Assembly (NCBI GenBank): GCA_965222375.1
Contig: CBDCTZ010000015.1
Location: forward strand, 480,001 to 544,000
DNA length: 64,000 nt
Direction: 5' to 3'
From: Polyangiaceae bacterium
GTDB taxonomy: Bacteria; Myxococcota_A; Polyangia; Polyangiales; Polyangiaceae
A program made the position numbers and the translations under genes. This document shows positions 1-8,745 of the stretch, in pieces (position 1 is the stretch's first letter; every line of letters starts with the position of its first letter). The notes beneath the pieces were generated by a model that saw only the letters and a program-made list of their open reading frames with translations, made no database searches and had not been told where the DNA came from.

Positions 1-7
1 ACGCACC

Positions 8-454
8 TTGGCTATCGACAACCCCGGTGAGCTCGTGGAGTTCATCACCGAGGATCTGGAGGAACGCTACCTCGAGGACGAGGCCTGGTCCTTTCAGTCG
101 GACAAGGCATGGGACGCAATCCACCGCTGCCTCACCGACGGACAACTGCAGTACGAGTCCGGGCCGTTTCCCCTCGCCTACGGTGTGCTTGGCGGCAAGG
201 CCCTCGACGCCGGGGACGACTACACCGCCTGCTACGTATCCCCGCAGCAGGTGAAAGAAGCCGTTCCAGCGCTGGGCGACGTGACTCGCGACTGGATGCG
301 AGAGCAGTACGAAACCCTGTCGGATACCGAGTACTCCGGCCACATTGGCGACGAAGACTTCGAGTATACCTGGGAGAACTTCCAAGGAATGCGCGAGTTC
401 TTCGCCCGAGCAGCGGAAGGCAATCGCTGCGTGCTGTTCACGACCGACGCCTGA
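8..454 (+). CDS. YfbM/DUF1877 family protein, probably 5'-truncated by the window edge
   Basis: DKAWDAIHRCLT motif, YVSPQQVKE and C-terminal FFARAAEGNRCVLF typical of DUF1877; reading frame is open to the window start. Confidence 0.8.
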   Translation: MAIDNPGELVEFITEDLEERYLEDEAWSFQSDKAWDAIHRCLTDGQLQYESGPFPLAYGVLGGKALDAGDDYTACYVSPQQVKEAVPALGDVTRDWMREQYETLSDTEYSGHIGDEDFEYTWENFQGMREFFARAAEGNRCVLFTTDA

Positions 455-515
455 CGGGACGGCGATACCCGACTCGGTTGAGCGCAGCGCGCGAGCCGCC
501 TAGGCTGAGCTCGTC

Positions 516-950
516 ATGTCCGAGGAACCGCTAGTGCCCGAGTGGGCCGAACTGCGCCGAGAGTTGGACTCCGTGGCCACCGCCGTTGGGGCAGAAAACG
601 GCTACGTGCTGGATGCGTGGTGCAACCTCTGGTGCTCCGCCTACGAAGAAGACCCCGAGATGCGGTCTGGCGTCATCGAGCTGGTGCGCGACGAACTCGA
701 CTCGCTGGAGCTGCCCCTTCCCCAAGGTGGTTGGATCGATCGCCGTGCCCATCAGTACCGCGGGCACGCTTACCTCAAGTCCTTCGGCTCCGTGTACGTG
801 CTCGTCCTTCGCCACGCCGCACCCTTCGATCTGACGGCTCAGCAGAAGGCCGTAGCCGAAGCCCTCGAGACCATCGAGCCCCTCGTCGTGGGGCTTGCTC
901 CGCACCCGGGGCTCATCCCCGAGGTGCCAACAGAGCCTGGCTCCGGTTGA
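516..950 (+). CDS. Hypothetical protein, possible roadblock/profilin-like fold
   Basis: Protein-like 144 aa ORF with ATG start; helix, YVLD strand, YLKSFGSVYVLVL strands and terminal helix; fold is inference. Confidence 0.6.
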   Translation: MSEEPLVPEWAELRRELDSVATAVGAENGYVLDAWCNLWCSAYEEDPEMRSGVIELVRDELDSLELPLPQGGWIDRRAHQYRGHAYLKSFGSVYVLVLRHAAPFDLTAQQKAVAEALETIEPLVVGLAPHPGLIPEVPTEPGSG

Positions 951-966
951 TCTAGAACGTGCGGCT

Positions 967-1605
967 TCAGAGCGCCGCGGGCCGTTTCAGATAGCACTCG
1001 AGGATTTCCACTAACTGCGCCCGAAACGGCGCGCTTTCAAGAAGCTCCGGCTGCATCAGCACCGCCTGCTCCACCAGCAACTCGACGGCGTGGCTACTGA
1101 TCCAGGTCAGAAGCTCCGACGAAACGTCCTTTCGGACGTCCGGGCGGCGCGTCAACTCCTCCGCCACCGCTGCGCGGACTTCCTCGTCAACGACCCGGCT
1201 AGTAGACGCAGTCCACGCGGCCGGCACTTCCCGACGCACGATGTGCCGAACCCGCCCGGTGCTGAGCCGATCGCTCAATAGCAGGTCGACTACCTCCACG
1301 ATGGTCTCTCTGAGGGAACGCTCTCTGCAAGCCTCGAGGGTCGCCAGCATCAATCGCGCGGTCCGCTGCTCCATGCGTCGGGCCAGCTCCGCGAGCAGTG
1401 CTTCCTTGTTCGGGAAGTACTGATAGAGCGAGCCAACACTGACGCCAGCACGCATTGCCACGCGGTTGGTAGTGTAGCCCTCCAAACCATCTTCCGCGAG
1501 GATGAGCTCAGCCGCGGTCACTAGCGCATTGGCAATGCCTTCAGCCGCCTGAGTCTTCGGCTTCTTGCGACCCTTGATTCTCTTCGACGTTGCAAGCGCG
1601 GACAT
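967..1605 (-). CDS. TetR/AcrR family transcriptional regulator
   Basis: HTH YTTNRVAMRAGVSVGSLYQYFPNKEAL; ATG at 1605 preceded by GGGAGG RBS. Confidence 0.93.
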   Translation of the reverse strand: MSALATSKRIKGRKKPKTQAAEGIANALVTAAELILAEDGLEGYTTNRVAMRAGVSVGSLYQYFPNKEALLAELARRMEQRTARLMLATLEACRERSLRETIVEVVDLLLSDRLSTGRVRHIVRREVPAAWTASTSRVVDEEVRAAVAEELTRRPDVRKDVSSELLTWISSHAVELLVEQAVLMQPELLESAPFRAQLVEILECYLKRPAAL

Positions 1606-1822
1606 TCGACCTCCCGATGTAGACCTCGACATTAGCAATGCCCGTGCCGCGATCTCTGGCACATGCTGACACAGCAAGCGCCTAGCCCCGAGCAACATCT
1701 GCGAGTGGCTAGCCCACCTCGACACTTTTGCGTTGAAGTTTGAGCACTTGAGGCCCTTCGGCGGGCGAGTACCGAGACTGGATCTTCACAGCTAGCTTGA
1801 ACTCCCGACATGGAGGTCCGCA

Positions 1823-2407
1823 GTGGTCAGACGCAACGTTCTTCGTTTGGGGTTTCTGTCCGGTGTCGTAGTGGTCATGCCCATCCTGGCTTGTGGGTCG
1901 ACTGGACAAGACGATCCCGGCGCGGGAGGCAGCGCCGGCACGGCGGGCAGCAACGGTGCTGGTGGGGCAGGTGCCAATCCCGCCGGATGCCCGGCTCAAG
2001 CGCCATCCCTGGGCGGCGACGGCAAGTGCGACACGGACGGAACGCGGTGTAGCTACCCGATGGCTTGCCAAAGTGGTTCCGCGGAATTCTCGTTCACTTG
2101 CAAGGACGGCATCGGGGGAGGCAGCGGAGTCAATCCACCCTTGGTGTGGAAGTTCGACAACCCCGACTGCAGGCGCCACGATGAGTGCACCGGACAGGTT
2201 CACTGCTCCGAAGCCGGCAAGTGGATGCCTCCGCCAAACCCCGCGACGGCGCCCCAGCCGTGCCCGAGCAAGCCGCCAGCCCAAGGCACTGCCTGCACCA
2301 ACGCTGATTCCGCAAAGTGCGGCTACGAATGCCAAGACTCCGCAGCCTGGACCGTCGCTACCTGCGAACCAAACGGCCAGTGGACCTATGATGGCAACTG
2401 CAGTTGA
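1823..2407 (+). CDS. Cys-rich lipoprotein with Gly linker and CPxxxP...CxY...CxxxxW modules
   Basis: GGAGG RBS, signal peptide with lipobox ILAC, Gly/Ala tether, repeated Cys modules. Confidence 0.8.
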   Translation: MVRRNVLRLGFLSGVVVVMPILACGSTGQDDPGAGGSAGTAGSNGAGGAGANPAGCPAQAPSLGGDGKCDTDGTRCSYPMACQSGSAEFSFTCKDGIGGGSGVNPPLVWKFDNPDCRRHDECTGQVHCSEAGKWMPPPNPATAPQPCPSKPPAQGTACTNADSAKCGYECQDSAAWTVATCEPNGQWTYDGNCS

Positions 2408-2435
2408 GGTACGCAGCTGAGCTCGTGAAAGCTGC

Positions 2436-4727
2436 CTATTCCGCGATGGCGTACTCGGGGCACACTTCTAGGCTGGCGAGGCAGGGGAAGCTGAGGCCGG
2501 CAAGCGCGGCGGTGACGCACTGATTGAGAGCTGGCGTATTCGGAGTCGTCACCACGTCGACGACCTTGCCGCCCGCGTCGAGGACGATCTTGAGTTGCAC
2601 CGGAAATCCGATTTGCCCGCCGCAGGCTTTGTCGATCGCTTGCCCGAGGCCCTTGGCCTCATCGGTGGCGTTGCCTTCGATGGGCACATACTTGTCGAAC
2701 TGTCCCGCGGCGTAGATGCATTGCGGGACGTTGCCGGCCAGTGCCTTAGCAACATTTTGCTCGTGGGTGGTCGTGACCTGCTTCGACGCCGGAGTGTCGC
2801 ACACTCGCACCATCAATCCGCCGGTGAATCCCATCAGGTCGTAGCGAACTTGAGGGCTGCTGCCCGGCGTGCTGAAGGTCACTCCCCCAGTAAAGCAGGG
2901 GTCAGTGTTCTTCACGAGTGCCTTGACTGTGGCCTTGGCGGCCTCGATGTCCGTGTCGGTGCAGCTGGCGCCTCCAGTGCCGCCGCCGAACCCGCCGCTG
3001 CCGCTCGTGCCCCCAGAGCCGTCAGCGGCGGCATCCTTGGGCCCAGGGCCTGAGTCTTGATCCGTCGATCCTCCGCAGCCGGTCGCCAGCACGAACGTGA
3101 AGGCGGCTGCAGCTGCGGAGCGAATCGGCGCAAAGCGGCGCTCCGGGGCGCGGATGTCTGCCAAGACTCGGCGCTCCACATCGTCGAGGTTGCGCTCGAG
3201 TGCGCCGGTCCGCTCGCGGATCTCCGACACCAGCGAGCTGGCATCGGCGAATCGGCCTCCCTGCTCCGCGAGTGCCAGGCCGCGTCGGTAGGCCTCGACG
3301 TAGAGCCGGTTGATCCCTTGCCGCGCGGGTTCGAGAGCGCCCTCTTGCCTCGAGCGGTCGGGGTACAAGCGACGCGCCAAGGCGAGCGCCAGGTACACGT
3401 CGTGCGCGCGATAGGCGACGCTGTAGTTCCAGAAGGCTTCGCCGCGCAGGCGGCTGAAGATCTCCGCAAAGCCCTCGACGCGCTCGTCATCCAAGGTGTA
3501 GCCGTATCGCAGGGGGTTGCCGATCAGGCGATTCTCCGCGGCCAGACGCTCCTGAAGGCGCGTCCCCTGGTACACCATCATTCGCGTCGTCTCGAATACG
3601 CCCGCGGGTATGCGTTCGAGCAAATCGATGCCTTGCCCGATGCTCTCCAGGGTCGAGTAAGGGTGCACCAGCATCAGGTTGGAGACGGTGGCAACGCCCA
3701 AGTCGGCAAAGACAGCCAGCAGGTCGAGCTCACGTTGCGTCGGGGCAGGCCGACAGAAGCGACGCCCTTCTTCCCGCGTAGCGAGTTCGAGACCAACGTA
3801 GCAGCGCACCAACCCGACTCGAGAGAACTCCTCGAGAACCTTGGGCGTTACCCGGTCGGCGCGAAGCATGGCACCGATTCCGAGCGCTCCGACATCCCGG
3901 CGAGCAAGCTCGCTGCCAAATTGGTCCAAAAAGGCAAGGGCTTCCTCTTCGTCGTAAGGCAACAAGTGTTCGTCGACAAAGTAGAAGTAGCGGGCCCCTC
4001 TCTCGTGCCACAAATGCGCCATCTCATCGCAGACGTCAGCCAGATCTCGACGGCGAAGCCCGCCGACGCCAGCGCGGTTCAGCTCACTGACCGTCGCTCC
4101 CAGCTGGCGCCCGTCCTTTCGCTCCAGGGTGTGAAGGGCAGCCGGACCGCAGTACTGGCAGCGCCCCCAGCAACCTCGCGAACCACTCATGTGAACAGCG
4201 GTGTGACCCAAGAGCTCCGAGAGCTCGTCGCGCTCCGGCCAAACCTGCTTCGGGTTCAGTTCGAGCACCGCTGCCGGGCGGCCATCTCCGTCCCGGGTCG
4301 TAACCCCGGCAACCGCGCTGACGGGGCGTCCCCGCTCGATGTTCTGGCACAGCTCGACCAGCGTGGCCTCACCCGCGAAGCGCACCACACTGTCGAGCCA
4401 GGGGTAGCGCTCCAGAAGCCACTGGCGCGCCAAGGTCGCAAACTGCCCGCCGGAGGTGATGTGCCCGGTAAAGCCTTGTTTGGAAAGGAGCTCGCCGAGC
4501 GCAAGAGGCCACAGCGCGGAGCCCCCATCCGAAAGTGACAGCCCCACCACGTCGGGTTGCTGCTCGGCGATCGCGCGATGCGCCGTCAATAGCTCCGCGC
4601 CATCGTTCACGTAGTGAACTTCGACCTCGATGTTCGCGTGGCGCAGGGCGCTGCGCAGATAGCAGAGCCCTAGGTTTTCGTTGTGCGCTAGGCGCCTTCC
4701 AACCAAAGCGACTTGGACTCGTGACAT
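2436..4727 (-). CDS. B12-binding radical SAM protein fused to a C-terminal hydrophobic segment, Gly linker and AgmX/TonB-C-like Cys domain
   Basis: ENLGLCYLRSAL and GGQFAT cobalamin-binding motifs, SRGCWGRCQYC cluster motif, FYFVDE, YVGLE; ATG at 4727 with GGGAGG RBS. Confidence 0.88.
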   Translation of the reverse strand: MSRVQVALVGRRLAHNENLGLCYLRSALRHANIEVEVHYVNDGAELLTAHRAIAEQQPDVVGLSLSDGGSALWPLALGELLSKQGFTGHITSGGQFATLARQWLLERYPWLDSVVRFAGEATLVELCQNIERGRPVSAVAGVTTRDGDGRPAAVLELNPKQVWPERDELSELLGHTAVHMSGSRGCWGRCQYCGPAALHTLERKDGRQLGATVSELNRAGVGGLRRRDLADVCDEMAHLWHERGARYFYFVDEHLLPYDEEEALAFLDQFGSELARRDVGALGIGAMLRADRVTPKVLEEFSRVGLVRCYVGLELATREEGRRFCRPAPTQRELDLLAVFADLGVATVSNLMLVHPYSTLESIGQGIDLLERIPAGVFETTRMMVYQGTRLQERLAAENRLIGNPLRYGYTLDDERVEGFAEIFSRLRGEAFWNYSVAYRAHDVYLALALARRLYPDRSRQEGALEPARQGINRLYVEAYRRGLALAEQGGRFADASSLVSEIRERTGALERNLDDVERRVLADIRAPERRFAPIRSAAAAAFTFVLATGCGGSTDQDSGPGPKDAAADGSGGTSGSGGFGGGTGGASCTDTDIEAAKATVKALVKNTDPCFTGGVTFSTPGSSPQVRYDLMGFTGGLMVRVCDTPASKQVTTTHEQNVAKALAGNVPQCIYAAGQFDKYVPIEGNATDEAKGLGQAIDKACGGQIGFPVQLKIVLDAGGKVVDVVTTPNTPALNQCVTAALAGLSFPCLASLEVCPEYAIAE

Positions 4728-4854
4728 GCTCGCCTCCCGGCCCCAGAGTACCGGGAGCCGATTCGCCTTGACCCTGACTTCCGTCATGGCCGCGGGCCGG
4801 CGGCTTGCGCCTCGACGCCCAGCGACCAAGCGCGTAGCCTGGGCTCGGTGACCC

Positions 4855-5160
4855 TTGGCAGCTTCCAATCTGCGTGAAAGGCCGGCTGGCTGGCGTGTGG
4901 TTCGTGCAGGCTTCTGGCTGCCGCTGGCCACGTTGCTAGGCGTCGAAGCGTATGCGAGTGGCTTCGACGGGTGGGGTGCCTGGGCGACAGCTCCCTTGTT
5001 CGTTTTGCCCTTTGGCCTCGCACGGGTCGTGACCGCTGTAGGCGCCTACGAAGCGCATTGCGAGTCCCGCCACGACAAGCCCGAAGTCAGTACTATTGTC
5101 CTGACGGTCGTCGCCGCGACTCCAATTCTTTGGCTCCTCGTCCGCAGGTACTTCGTCTAG
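4855..5160 (+). CDS. Small membrane protein (start uncertain)
   Basis: About three hydrophobic segments; stop overlaps the next GTG start. Confidence 0.5.
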   Translation: MAASNLRERPAGWRVVRAGFWLPLATLLGVEAYASGFDGWGAWATAPLFVLPFGLARVVTAVGAYEAHCESRHDKPEVSTIVLTVVAATPILWLLVRRYFV

Positions 5161-5492
5161 TGGAGCCGGCGATCTTGAACGTCGCGTTGGAGCTGGCGAT
5201 GACTTTCGGTGAGGACTGGCTCAAGCCTGTGCAAGCCCGGCTCTCGAATCGGTACCCGGATCTTTCACGTGAGCAGCTGGATCAGTACGATGCGGAGTGT
5301 CGCGAAGTGATGACGTTGGGCCAGGAGCAGGCTCCGACTTGCTGGCAGGAAGCCGGCGTGAGACGAAACCACGGGTTGAAGCTTTTCCGCACCGCGGTGC
5401 GCGCCCGCTTTCCCTGGGTCAACAACGAAAACCTGACCCACCCATTTTCTCAGGGCTGCTACTACGCCTGGAAGAACGGGGCTCTTTCGTGA
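5160..5492 (+). CDS. Conserved hypothetical protein
   Basis: LELAMTFGEDWLKPVQARL...FSQGCYYAWK reads as a globular protein; GTG start overlaps upstream TAG and its stop overlaps the next start. Confidence 0.7.
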   Translation: MEPAILNVALELAMTFGEDWLKPVQARLSNRYPDLSREQLDQYDAECREVMTLGQEQAPTCWQEAGVRRNHGLKLFRTAVRARFPWVNNENLTHPFSQGCYYAWKNGALS

Positions 5493-6613
5493 ACCAAAGG
5501 CGAGGAAGCTGGCTCACTCTGCCGACTGCTCTCATGGGCGGCTTGGTGATGGCGACCTGCCAAGTCAATCGAGCGAGCAGCGGGCCGAGCGAGTCGGGCG
5601 GAATGCCACCACCACCCGAGGTCACGGCACCGAGCGCGACCGCACCAAGCCCAGCGGCACCCGACGCCCCGGATGCGGGTGTGGCGCCCAACACCGCACC
5701 ACCGCGACCAGCCGGGCACCCTCCCGGGGTCGCCCTAGACTGCTCCGGGCTCGGGCAGAGCCCGCAGGCCAAGTGTGGCAAGTCGCCGGATTGGCTGGTG
5801 GAGCTAAACCGGATTGGGAACCGATTGATGGAACCTCGCCACAAGCGGCCAGAAAAAGAAGTTTGCGATCGGGTTCGGGACGCTCTGGCCAAAGCCAGTG
5901 CCGCACCCAAGCTGTCCGTGGCTGGGAGAGTCGTCGCCCAGAACGCTGCCCTGCGCGTGTTCGCAAACGCGGCGGTCTGCCCCGACGCGGGCTTGAGGTC
6001 AGCCGCGGCTCGAGTCGTCTCGATTACACGCACGGCGCCTCAAGAGTTGCAAGCATTGGGTGCAAGCCCCTTCGCCGATCTGGAAGCCTTCGTCGGGCCA
6101 GCATCCGCCTGGCAGCAACGACGCGCTCGAAACATGCCGCTATTCCACGAGCGCGTTGAACTCGCCACCCGAGCGTTCCGCCCGATCTCCACTGACAAGT
6201 CGCGCGCCATCTTCTCGCAGCTGGTTGCGATCGACACCGCCTGGAAGCCGCACATCACCTCGCTGGTGGGTCGAGTCGAGCTACGCCGGGGCCACGCCGA
6301 GGATGCCAGCGCTTGCGTGGCGCATTTGGACGTCGCTCGCGTCGACTGCGCGTCCGGCCGGCTCGAACCGCTGCGTTCGGTCGAGAACCTGCCGGTGAGC
6401 CACTTCGTGGCGAGGCGAGAAAATGGCCTGAGCTGTCGCGATTGCCATGGCAAGTCGGCCATGCGCGATGCCAAAGATCCAGTATTTGGAGATCTGACGC
6501 CTCTTCAGCGAGGCGGCCGACCGCACTTGAACGCACGCCGCGTCGCACTCTTGGCCGATAGCCTCAAGCTGGTGGGCAGAGTGAGAGCCGCCCTCAAGCG
6601 CCCCACTCCATGA
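5489..6613 (+). CDS. Exported/lipoprotein with Pro-rich linker and a single CxxCH (possible c-type cytochrome)
   Basis: N-terminal hydrophobic stretch ending in MATC, Pro/Ala linker, SCRDCH at 6434-6448; GTGA overlap with upstream gene. Confidence 0.65.
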   Translation: MNQRRGSWLTLPTALMGGLVMATCQVNRASSGPSESGGMPPPPEVTAPSATAPSPAAPDAPDAGVAPNTAPPRPAGHPPGVALDCSGLGQSPQAKCGKSPDWLVELNRIGNRLMEPRHKRPEKEVCDRVRDALAKASAAPKLSVAGRVVAQNAALRVFANAAVCPDAGLRSAAARVVSITRTAPQELQALGASPFADLEAFVGPASAWQQRRARNMPLFHERVELATRAFRPISTDKSRAIFSQLVAIDTAWKPHITSLVGRVELRRGHAEDASACVAHLDVARVDCASGRLEPLRSVENLPVSHFVARRENGLSCRDCHGKSAMRDAKDPVFGDLTPLQRGGRPHLNARRVALLADSLKLVGRVRAALKRPTP

Positions 6614-7443
6614 AGCTGCTCGAACTGCAGAAGTGCAGAAGCACGCAGCGCCGCTCCAAGCTGAAGTTCACGACGACGGGGGGCGGATCTTGGAAGGTCT
6701 GGGATCGCTACCTGTCGCTTGGTCCCGAACAGCTCGTTCATTTGGGCAACGTTTGCGGGACATGCCGCTTCTTTTTCAACATCGTCGCCGAGTGTCCGCT
6801 CGACAGCGTCGAACTTGGCTCCACCCGCGAGCAGCTGGAAATGGGACTTGAATGCATTGGCACGATCGCAAAATCTTTCTTGGCGGTTCTGCCGAGGGGG
6901 CACTACCAGGCGGCGCTGTTCGAGATGAGCCCCGGCCAAGCCGGCACCCCCGGCAACCCCGACTATTTCGAATGTGAGCAGCGCGAGGCTTGGCGCTACG
7001 AGCCCGAGGCGGATGAGGGAGCTTGCTCACTTTATTACCGAAGCGGCACTCGCTCGATGGGAAGCGGGCAGATGTTGTTCGAGTTCGTCGTCCCGCTCTT
7101 TGGCGCGGCCGCCTTGGACGACAGACGCGTGGCGCACTACATGAAACTCATGAGCGAGGGTTGCAAGCCCACGGCGGTCGCCGTTTCCGTGCTCGACGTG
7201 AAGTCTTCCATGGAGTGGCCCGAGGACGAAAAGGGCAACGACGTCGAGCCAGAGTTCGACACTCATTGGTGTTTTGCGAACTATCTGCTGGATGGCCACC
7301 ACAAGGTCCAGGCGGCACATCGCGCAAACGCCCCCATGACCCTTCTGTCCTTCATCGCCCTGGAACCATCCTGGCAGCGCGTGGACGATTTGGTTTCGGC
7401 CTACCAGGGGAAGCCACCGCCTTACTTACATCAGAGAGGATAG
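6610..7443 (+). CDS. Hypothetical protein with CxxC and a ParB/sulfiredoxin-like LLDGHHK motif
   Basis: NVCGTC near the N-terminus; YLLDGHHKVQAA; ATGA overlap with upstream gene. Confidence 0.7.
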   Translation: MKLLELQKCRSTQRRSKLKFTTTGGGSWKVWDRYLSLGPEQLVHLGNVCGTCRFFFNIVAECPLDSVELGSTREQLEMGLECIGTIAKSFLAVLPRGHYQAALFEMSPGQAGTPGNPDYFECEQREAWRYEPEADEGACSLYYRSGTRSMGSGQMLFEFVVPLFGAAALDDRRVAHYMKLMSEGCKPTAVAVSVLDVKSSMEWPEDEKGNDVEPEFDTHWCFANYLLDGHHKVQAAHRANAPMTLLSFIALEPSWQRVDDLVSAYQGKPPPYLHQRG

Positions 7444-7452
7444 CCGGTTGCC

Positions 7453-8574
7453 ATGACCAGCACTCGGTCACGCCGCGTCGTCCTAGTGGGCGGTGGTCAC
7501 AGCCACGCGATCGTTCTCGAGGCGCTGGCCAAAGAGCCCTTGGCCGATGCCGAGGTGCACTTGGTCGTGGACCACGCCGTTGCGGTGTACTCGGGCATGG
7601 TGCCCGGAGTCGTCGCGGGTCAGTACCGGCGACGCGAGGTCGAACTCGATGTGGCTGCGCTCGCGCGGCTCGCTGGGGCAGAACTTCATCTCGAGCCGAT
7701 GGTCGGCATCGACCGCAGGGCGCGCCAGATTGCGCTACCGAGTGACAACGCCCTCGCCTACGACGTCGCGTCGTTGGACATCGGCTCGTCGGTGGCCGGG
7801 CTCGATCTCGAGGGCGTCCGCCAGTTCACGGTGCCTACGCGACCCATCGCCGATTTGCTGGACGGCGTTGCCGATGCCACCGAGCGAGCACGCAAGCTCG
7901 AACGTCCGTTCCGCATCGTCGTGGTCGGCGGCGGCGCCGGTGGAGTCGAGCTGGCCTTCTGCCTCGACGCCCGAGTCAAAGCGCACGGCACAGTTCGCAC
8001 CAGCTTGGTCACGGATAGCCCGCGCCTGCTGCCCGGTTTCGGCGAAGCGTTCGTCAGGCGGATCTCGTCCGAGGCAGAGCGGCGAGGCATTCGCGTGCTG
8101 ACCGGGGTACGCGCAAACAAAGTCGACGAAGCAGCCGTGCACTTGGACGACGACCGCAGCCTCGAACACGACCTCGTGATGTGGTCGACTGGAGCGGTGG
8201 GGCAAGAGGCTTTTCGGGGAACTGACCTCCCTCTCGATCCCCGAGGCTTCGTCTATGTAGACGACAGCTTGCGCGTGGTTGGCTGCGACTCTCTATTTGC
8301 AGTCGGCGACTGTGCAACCTTGCGAGCGCACCCAGACACGGCGAAGGCGGGTGTGTACGCCGTACGCCAAGGTCCCGTGTTGCTTCGAAACCTACGTCGC
8401 TGGCTCGCCGGACAGCCTCTCGAGAGCTACGCCCCCCAAACCGACTTCCTGCGACTCCTCAACTTGGGGGACGGCCGCGCCCTGGGAGGCAAGTGGAGCG
8501 TCGCCGCCGCGGGGCGCCCAGTGATGTGGCTCAAGGACCGAATCGACCGCGGCTTCATGGCCCGTTTTCCCTGA
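7453..8574 (+). CDS. FAD-dependent pyridine nucleotide-disulfide oxidoreductase, SelD N-terminal-like family
   Basis: VLVGGGHSH, YSGMVPG, VVGGGAGGVE, FAVGDC, KAGVYAVRQGPVL, WLKDRIDRGFM. Confidence 0.88.
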   Translation: MTSTRSRRVVLVGGGHSHAIVLEALAKEPLADAEVHLVVDHAVAVYSGMVPGVVAGQYRRREVELDVAALARLAGAELHLEPMVGIDRRARQIALPSDNALAYDVASLDIGSSVAGLDLEGVRQFTVPTRPIADLLDGVADATERARKLERPFRIVVVGGGAGGVELAFCLDARVKAHGTVRTSLVTDSPRLLPGFGEAFVRRISSEAERRGIRVLTGVRANKVDEAAVHLDDDRSLEHDLVMWSTGAVGQEAFRGTDLPLDPRGFVYVDDSLRVVGCDSLFAVGDCATLRAHPDTAKAGVYAVRQGPVLLRNLRRWLAGQPLESYAPQTDFLRLLNLGDGRALGGKWSVAAAGRPVMWLKDRIDRGFMARFP

Positions 8575-8745
8575 GCCGTGAGGTTTCTCGCTGAAAGCAG
8601 TGGCAACGTTCATAGGGGCGGGTGCGATCTTTTGTCAGACCCCAGGGCTAGCCCAAACGTATACGCACGCTGAATCGATGCTCGAGCCCTGCATGCCCCT
8701 GCGGCGGGGGCCGACGGAGCTCGGGCCCAAAACTAGGGAATCATC

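Noticed and set aside
1703..1720. TetR operator around GGCTAGCC
   Set aside because: The palindrome is short and imperfect, which is expected by chance in GC-rich DNA
3057..4538. 493-aa plus-strand ORF
   Set aside because: Antisense to the radical SAM gene; no motifs
1823..4727. RiPP cluster (radical SAM plus Cys-rich precursor)
   Set aside because: The genes are convergent, the small protein is an exported lipoprotein, and no SPASM/RRE domain, peptidase or transporter is adjacent
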